From positions 142,600,001 to 142,664,000 of the forward strand of contig JBNRSN020000014.1 of assembly GCA_051313645.2 (NCBI GenBank): 64,000 nt of DNA. Direction: 5' to 3'. Made by a program: the position numbers and the translations under genes. Of the stretch, positions 59,401 to 64,000 are shown piece after piece. Under the pieces are notes generated by a model. The model did not search any database. It saw only the letters and a list, made by a program, of their open reading frames with translations, and had not been told where the DNA came from. Positions within the stretch are counted from its first letter, which is position 1. The number at the start of each line of letters is the position of its first letter. This DNA is from Centroscyllium fabricii. Taxonomy: Eukaryota.

Positions 59401-60381
59401 AATAAACCATCTAAACCCCTTGATTAGAGTCCTACCTGTAATTCACCTCCAGGTATCCATTATTAGAACCATAGAAGATAGGAGCAGGAGTAGGCCATTT
59501 GGCCCTTCGAGCCTGCTCCACCATTCAATGAGATCATGGCTGATCATCCAAACCCAGTACCTGCCTTGTCCCCATATCCCTCTCGAGCCTGCACCGACAC
59601 ATATCCCACCCTATCCCCGTAACCCCACATATTCAATCCACCCAACACTAAGGGTCAATTTATCATGGCCAATCAACCTAACCCGCACATCTTTGGACTA
59701 TTCTTACTGCCTGTAACTTAAACTCCCGGATATCTTGCTGTTCTATAACTAAACCATCTAAACCTATTGATAAGATCAGCCTGTAACTAACTCCTCCGTG
59801 TCCATTATTGGCCTCAGCACCCTGTGCTAGGGAGCCCCGGAGCAGGGGTGGGGGAAGGGAACAGAGGAAAACGGCCAGGATTCCCACTCATGCTCATGAC
59901 CAAGTGACCCCTACTGGAAAGTGTGCGTGTAAATGTCAGGCAAGGAAAGGTTTGGTTGATGTCTTCAACAGTCAAATAGCCTGCTAACACTCACTGTCCA
60001 GGGTCATTCGGGAGAACGGGTATTTAGGGGGGTACTGGAGCGCGGCTGGGACCTGTGGAACTGCAGCCCAGCAAGAGTCAATGCCGTCAGCAGAGAGGAG
60101 GGACAACCCTGTGTACCGATTGCAGTGCAGTGATACTGAGTGGAGCACCGTAACAGGAGTAAAACAGGCACCTCATGAAACTTTGCGATAGAAGAACACA
60201 CACTGTAGTTTGGAATAATCATATTATCAGGAGCTGATGGAGCAAGGCCAGCAGCTCTCACCGGGTCCTACCTGAATGCATAGGTGGACTTGAGGATTTC
60301 AAGACCGTCATGGTAAGGAAAGGTATCCTCATATTCCATTAATATACCATTGACCCCGATGCTGGATAGAAGGGGAAAGAT
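27119..60381 (-). CDS. HEXD: Hexosaminidase D-like (GH20) gene; 11 coding exons in the window, first coding exon not found (probably beyond 64000)
   Basis: Exons 60272-60381, 59175-59262, 53471-53635, 51864-52047, 41104-41175, 40768-40972, 40354-40436, 38537-38615, 33285-33386, 31596-31685 and 27119-27302 have AG acceptors and GT donors. They join in one frame (1362 nt = 453 aa + TAG). Motifs seen: [29 protein letters not shown], catalytic [39 protein letters not shown]. May be a paralog rather than the ortholog of human HEXD. Confidence 0.93.
27345..27548. repeat. 39-bp minisatellite, ~5 copies, with degenerate copies extending to ~27830
   Basis: Unit TACAGACTGCTCTATAAGCACAAGCAGACCCTGCACCAA. 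Confidence 0.92.
27835..28237 (-). mobile_element. HE1-type V-SINE
   Basis: Full reverse-complement head, core and tail. Confidence 0.88.
28264..28524. mobile_element. Tigger/pogo-like MITE
   Basis: TIR CAGGTGTACAACCCCTTATCCG ... CGAATAAGGGGTTGTGCACCTG; related to 22341-22662. Confidence 0.7.
29048..30428 (+). mobile_element. CR1 LINE ORF2 RT and 3' tail
   Basis: ORF 29066..29623 with [28 protein letters not shown] and SKFADDTK. Confidence 0.92.
31292..31565. mobile_element. Tc1/mariner-type MITE with a ~58-bp internal duplication
   Basis: TA|CAGGTCCAGCACCGTTAATCCGG ... CCGGATTAACGTTGGTCCTG|TA. Confidence 0.72.
31596..31685 (-). CDS. HEXD: HEXD-like exon (90 nt): [29 protein letters not shown]
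   Basis: Acceptor aaacag, donor gtgagt; GWFxxY motif. Confidence 0.88.
32881..33173 (-). mobile_element. Solo LTR
   Basis: TGATGCAC ... TTTACCACA termini; 5-bp TSD ATACT (32876-32880 and 33174-33178); TATAAAT and AATAAA on the minus strand. Confidence 0.8.
33285..33386 (-). CDS. HEXD: HEXD-like exon (102 nt): [33 protein letters not shown]
   Basis: Acceptor ccacag, donor gtgagg; resembles the HEXD EGAGSFPGS segment. Confidence 0.88.
33636..35070 (+). mobile_element. Same-family hAT5-like element nested in the outer copy, with a deleted QKI fragment
   Basis: TIRs CAGGGCGCGACAAAA ... TTTTGTAGCACCCTG; 5-bp TSD GGGTG (33631-33635 and 35071-35075). QKI exon end GAGCGGCTGCTGGACGAAG|GTAGG at 34749-34772. 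Confidence 0.85.
35968..36370 (-). mobile_element. HE1-type V-SINE inserted in the captured QKI 5' region
   Basis: Reverse-complement head, V-core and tail, lying between the QKI promoter-like block and the ATG. Confidence 0.85.
36598..36739 (+). pseudogene. QKI: Transposon-captured copy of QKI (Quaking) coding exon 1 (QUA1 region), followed by its GT donor
   Basis: [47 protein letters not shown] matches the QKI N-terminus. Homology stops at nt 142, followed by GTAGGC. No further QKI exons were seen, and the exon sits inside a TIR element. Confidence 0.88.
37580..38380 (-). mobile_element. Old L2 LINE fragment
   Basis: KLQAIQNS and [24 protein letters not shown] motifs. Confidence 0.75.
38537..38615 (-). 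CDS. HEXD: HEXD-like exon (79 nt): [26 protein letters not shown]
   Basis: Acceptor ccacag, donor gtaaat; phase-compatible with flanking exons. Confidence 0.85.
39148..39804 (-). mobile_element. CR1 LINE 3' end inserted in a Deu-type SINE (~39105-39147 and 39805-40195, plus)
   Basis: ORF 39427..39798 is the CR1 C-terminus; the long 3' UTR matches 47400-47720. Confidence 0.85.
40354..40436 (-). CDS. HEXD: HEXD-like exon (83 nt): [27 protein letters not shown]
   Basis: Acceptor cctcag, donor gtgagt; YDHxSxLCELLP motif. Confidence 0.93.
40768..40972 (-). CDS. HEXD: HEXD-like exon (205 nt): [25 protein letters not shown]...GLALTGWQR
   Basis: Acceptor ttttag, donor gtgaga; ASAFKGATG and LTGWQR motifs (ORF 40764..40952). 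Confidence 0.94.
41104..41175 (-). CDS. HEXD: HEXD-like exon (72 nt): [23 protein letters not shown]
   Basis: Acceptor cctcag, donor gtaaga; in phase with neighbouring exons; PxxWxY motif. Confidence 0.9.
41290..41730 (-). mobile_element. SacSINE1/Deu-type SINE
   Basis: Recurrent SINE blocks. Confidence 0.65.
42395..43292. repeat. ~39-bp minisatellite split by a Rex1 insertion
   Basis: Unit CTCTCCACTCTCTGTCCTGTGTCTGTTTGAACCGACT at ~42395-42732 and ~43100-43292. Confidence 0.9.
42733..43102 (-). mobile_element. Rex1/Babar LINE 3' fragment
   Basis: Near-identical to 19635-20000 in reverse; (CAATT)n tail. Confidence 0.85.
44303..44891. repeat. Compound minisatellite: constant 28-bp unit plus variable (CT)n, ~13 copies
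   Basis: GTCTGCACAGTGCTCTGCGGGGCAAAAT followed by (CT)n of differing length. Confidence 0.93.
44897..45273 (-). mobile_element. HE1-type V-SINE
   Basis: Reverse-complement head, core and tail. Confidence 0.85.
45597..47720 (+). mobile_element. 5'-truncated CR1 LINE nested in the ORF1 of another CR1
   Basis: ORFs 46160..46570 and 46416..47258 with RT motifs; tail TTCTTATGTTCTTATG. Confidence 0.9.
51031..51400 (+). mobile_element. HE1-type V-SINE, followed by a Deu-type SINE 3' part (~51420-51640)
   Basis: tRNA head, V-core and tail. Confidence 0.85.
51864..52047 (-). CDS. HEXD: HEXD-like exon (184 nt): [13 protein letters not shown]...[17 protein letters not shown]
   Basis: Acceptor ctgaag, donor gtgagt; WDDM motif. 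Confidence 0.92.
52480..52798. repeat. 28-29-bp minisatellite, ~11 copies
   Basis: Unit GGGAGACCAACCTCCTGCCAAAAATCACC with variants. Confidence 0.92.
53019..53044. repeat. (GT)n microsatellite
   Basis: Run of gt dinucleotides. Confidence 0.9.
53471..53635 (-). CDS. HEXD: HEXD-like exon (165 nt) with catalytic HIGADE
   Basis: [55 protein letters not shown]; acceptor caacag, donor gtatgt. Confidence 0.94.
53685..54665. mobile_element. Inverted Penelope-like remnant with a hammerhead (minus strand 53775-53811), interrupted by a V-SINE variant (~54142-54469)
   Basis: [22 protein letters not shown]|[16 protein letters not shown]. Minus strand reads AGTT-CTGATGA-AGGGTCCCAGACCG-GAAA-CGTT-AACT. 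Confidence 0.78.
56153..58760 (-). mobile_element. CR1 LINE ORF2, decayed, with a SINE tail at ~56988-57144
   Basis: ORFs 57133..57804 and 56461..56970 with RT motifs; MSDHNMLEF endonuclease end. Confidence 0.9.
59175..59262 (-). CDS. HEXD: HEXD-like exon (88 nt): [29 protein letters not shown]
   Basis: Acceptor atgcag, donor gtaagg; IPLxQTFGHME motif, also visible in ORF 59079..59306. Confidence 0.93.
59468..59699 (-). mobile_element. Partial HE1-type V-SINE
   Basis: Tail and part of the core in reverse complement. Confidence 0.78.
60272..60381 (-). CDS. HEXD: HEXD-like exon (110 nt): [36 protein letters not shown]
   Basis: Acceptor tttcag and donor gtagga on the minus strand; GH20 HEXD motif EYEDxFPY. 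Confidence 0.92.
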
Positions 60382-60622
60382 CTGAAACAAAGAGTAGAAT
60401 GTTTACACCTAGGCTGCATCTGTACAAATTCTCTTTCAGGAAGAAATCCACACATTGACTGGTGTCTTTTGTGTATCCTCCACTTAACCTGAGGACACAG
60501 ATTTAAGGTGATTGGCAAAAGAACCAGACGCGACATGAGGAAAAGCTTTTTTACGCAACAAGTGGTTAGAATTTCGAATGCACTGCCTGAAGGGTGTTGG
60601 AAACAGATTCAATAGTAGCTTT

Positions 60623-61782
60623 TGATGCACTATCAATAACCTCAAAAGACTAGAAGTTATGAGAATAAACGATAGGCTTTTATTCGCTAAGAAGGAGCAG
60701 ACCTTTCTGCTGAGTGACTGGTCCAAGACTGAAGGGGGGATTGGGGAACAGTCACCCTTATACCTGGGTCCAGGGGAGGAGCCACAGGCGGGGCCAGCAG
60801 GGGCATGTCCAGACAGGTTACATGCAGTGAACTATAATACATTGGGCCCTGTCTTCCTGTGGCCTGATTGCTGCGGGTGCGTGCAGATTTGCACCCGTCC
60901 GAGATTTTTTTTTTTTTTATCTGCTGGACTTCCTGTGTGAAATGTCAATTTTTTTTCGTGCGGAGGGGTCTGTTTTTTTTTCGTGCGTAGTGCTTTGTGC
61001 GTTGGTCGGGTGCAGGACACGCCCCGAGGTCGGCTTTTTGAGACCACGCCCCCACAGAACGCACAGATCAAGTGTTCAACTAAAGAAAAGATCAGGTTAG
61101 GAACAACTTTTTCTTTGTTTTTTTTAAGTTTGTAGGAAGCTGGTCTTACAGCTTGTAAATTTGATGGTTTATATATTTTTTGGTGATAGTTAAAAAAATC
61201 GGCGATTTCAACGCGATGCCAGCTGAGAGCTGTGAGCGGAGAGCTGTGAGCGGGTTGAAATCACCGATTTTTGAACTATCACCAAAAAATATATAAACCA
61301 TCAGATTTACAAGCTGTAAGACCAGCTTCCTACAAACTTAAATCTGAGATCGCGTTCAAATTCCCGATTTTTTTAACTATCACCAAAATATATATAAACC
61401 TTCACATTTACAAGCTGTAAGACCACAAACAAATATCTCCAAAGGAATAATTTTAAAAAAAACTTTAAACCTGTTTTTTTCACTTTTCAAACCTGCCTGC
61501 ACTCTGTTACGACTCCTTTTTACATGGGCAGAAAAATGGCGGCTTCCCCACGTTGTACACCTGAATTTTGAGCAGCAGAGTACAGGAAGTCTGCAGCTCA
61601 AAGTGCTTCGTGGGGAGGAAGCTGAAGCCCCTTGCCCATCAGCACAGGAAGTTCACGTTTCTGGTAAGCACCTGAGCTGCCTCCCCACGAAGCATTTCTG
61701 ACCCCCCTTCGTGGGGGGGGCAGCTCTTCTGGAGCACAGGAAGACAGGGCCCAATATATACACAATACAGTGCTTTACCACA
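60623..61782 (-). mobile_element. Solo LTR (related to 32881-33173) inside a CR1 tail, itself interrupted by a TIR element
   Basis: TGATGCAC ... TTTACCACA termini; CR1 tail sequence continues on both sides; TSD imperfect. Confidence 0.65.
60844..61752. mobile_element. Harbinger-like MITE with an internal ~90-bp-arm palindrome
   Basis: 18-bp TIR GGGCCCTGTCTTCCTGTG ... CACAGGAAGACAGGGCCC; inverted arms at ~61125-61212 and ~61252-61340. Confidence 0.75.
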
Positions 61783-62065
61783 TTTTTCAAAAGAGAATGA
61801 GATAAATACTTGGAGAAAAAAATTGCAGGGATATGGGGATAGAGCGGGGGGAGTGGGACAAGCTGGATTGCTCTTCAAAAGAGCTGTCGCCGACTCGATG
61901 GGCCAAATGGCCTCCTGTGCTGCACTATTCTATGATTATTTGCCCCACCATTGGCGGCCGTCCCCTCAGCTGTCTGTACCCCAAACTCTGGAATTCCCTC
62001 CCGAAACCTCTCTACCTCCTTTAAGACGCTCCTTAATACCTACTTCTTTTACCAAGCTTTCGGTG

Positions 62066-64000
62066 AAAGAGCGCCCAGAGCGGGAGCAGCGGCACAAAGA
62101 GCGCCCAGAGCGGGAGCAGCACAGGAAGTAGTGGACCTGATGGGAGCACAGCGAGAGCTAGCAGTTAAAAGGAGCAGTCCCGAGCGGCAGCAACTCAACA
62201 GAGGCAGTTTTTGAAAAAGACGTCAGAGTAAAAAAAGTGACATCGGCACAAGGGAAGGAGTTGATTGGTGAGTAGCTGGTGAGTGTTTTTTGTTAAGTTT
62301 TAAGTTTATTTCTACTGGGTTAGTTCTTAGTCTATTAAATAGAGGCCGGGCAGCTCAGTCCTGTGGAGTGTACATTCTGGGCCATGTGGAAAGTCCTGGA
62401 TGCTTTGCGTAGCCTGGACGACCACATGCGTGGGAAGTGTCGCCAGCTACAGTAACTTGAGCTCCGGGTTTCGGAGCTTGAGCGGTGGCTGGAGTCATTG
62501 CAGTGCATCCGCGAGGCTGAGAATTACGTGGATAGCACGTTTCTAGAGGTGGTCACCCCGCAGCTTAAGAGTATGTAGGCAGAGAGGGAATGGGTGACTG
62601 CCAGACAGAATAGGAGGACCAGGCAGGTAGTGCTGGAGTCCCTGGAGTGCATCGCGCTCTCCAACTAGTATTCTGTTCTGAGTACCGGTGAGGGCTATGG
62701 TTCCTCTGGGGAGTGCAGCCAGAAGCAAGTCCACGGCACCATGGAGGGCTCAGCTGCATGGGGGGAAAGGAAAAAAAGAGTGGATGAGCAACAGTGGTAA
62801 GAGATTCAATAGTTAGGGGAGCAGACAGGTGTTTCTGTGGCCGTAGACGTGACTCCAGAATGGTATGTTGCCTCCCTGGTGCCAGGGTCAAGGATGTCAT
62901 TGAGCGGCTGCAGGACACTGAGGGGGGAGGGTGAACAGCCAGAGGTCGTTGTCCATATCGGTACCAACGACATAGGCAGAAAGAGGGATGAGGTCCTGCA
63001 CGCAGAATTTAGGGAGCTAGGAGAGAGATTAAAATGTAGGACCTCAAAAGGTAGTAATCTCCGGATTACTCCCGGTGCCCCATGCTAGTGAGTACAGGAA
63101 TAGGAGGATAGAACAGATGAATGCGTGGCTGGCGAGATGGTGCAGGAAGGAGGGCTTTAGATTCCTGAGGCATTGGGACCGTTTCTGGGGAAGGTGGGAC
63201 CTGTACAAGCTGGACGGGTTACACCTCAGCAGAGCCGGGACCAATATTCTCATGGGGAGGTTTGTTAGTGCTGATGGGGAGAGTTTAAACTAGCTTAGCA
63301 GGGGGATGGGCACCAGCATATAAGAGTAGAAAAGAGGAATAAGGTGCATAAAAGAGCGATTGTGTGGGATAGTACGAGAGAAGAAAGTAGTACTAGAAGC
63401 AGAGTTAGCACCATTTTGGATAGGAACAGACTAAGAAAGACTACAAAAAATTCAAAAATGGGTTTCGAATGCATGTATGTAAACGCACAAAGTGTGGTGA
63501 ATAAGGTTGGTGAGTTACAAGCACAATTAGCCATGTGGCAATATGATGTGGCAATAACGGAAACGTGGCTTAAAAACGGTGAGGACTGGGTACTTAATAT
63601 TCAAGGGTACATGGTGTTCAGAAAATATAGGGAAGGAATATGGGGTGGCAGTGCTGATTAAGGAAGACATTGTAGTGTTGGAAAGGGAGGATGTTCTTGA
63701 GGAGACAAGGACAGAATCCATTTGGTTAGAGTGGAGGAGAAAAAGGGGTATGGATCATGCTATTGGGGGTATTCTATAGGCCTCCAAATAGTGAGAAGAG
63801 CAAATCTGCAGGGAAATCGCAGAGATAGGCAAGAGCTATAGAGTGGTAATATTGGGGGACTTTACTTACCCAAATATCGATTGGGAGAATGCTAGGATAA
63901 AGGGAAAGGAGAGGGAGGAATTTCTGAAATGTGCTCAGGAGAATTTCCTTGACCAATATGTTCTTGGCCCAACTAGGAAGGAGGCATTGCTGGATCTGGT
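62066..64000 (+). mobile_element. CR1 LINE 5' UTR, decayed ORF1 and start of ORF2, running off the window
   Basis: [42 protein letters not shown] and AITETWL motifs. Confidence 0.88.

Noticed and set aside
60382-64000. First coding exon of the HEXD-like gene (HLDLKGA motif)
   Set aside because: Not found by eye. The interval is filled by repeats, so the exon is probably beyond the window.

Overview
Vertebrate genomic DNA, almost certainly from an elasmobranch (shark or ray), judged from HE1-type V-SINEs, SacSINE1/Deu-type SINEs and CR1, L2, Rex1, Tx1 and Penelope remnants. There is a 200-N scaffold gap at 14603-14802. Two host genes lie on the minus strand. The first is a hexosaminidase D (HEXD/HEXDC)-like GH20 gene, with 11 coding exons traced from 60381 to the stop at 27119; its first coding exon was not found and probably lies beyond 64000. 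The second is exon 1 of PLD6 (mitoPLD/Zucchini, 16464-16866) in a CpG island; its exon 2 was not found. The rest is mostly nested transposable elements. The most unusual structure is a self-nested, non-autonomous CAGGG-terminated DNA transposon with 5-bp target-site duplications (hAT5-like) in a HEXD intron (outer copy 33495-37025, inner copy 33636-35070). It has captured the promoter-like region, 5'UTR, complete coding exon 1 and splice donor of QKI (Quaking), i.e. a Pack-type gene-capturing element. Other notable items are several minimal hammerhead ribozymes in fold-back Penelope remnants with 13-bp TSDs, a Tx1 insertion with a ~215-bp target duplication, and a decayed Gypsy gag-protease region. 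All calls were made by eye without database searches, and repeat boundaries are approximate unless a TSD is quoted.
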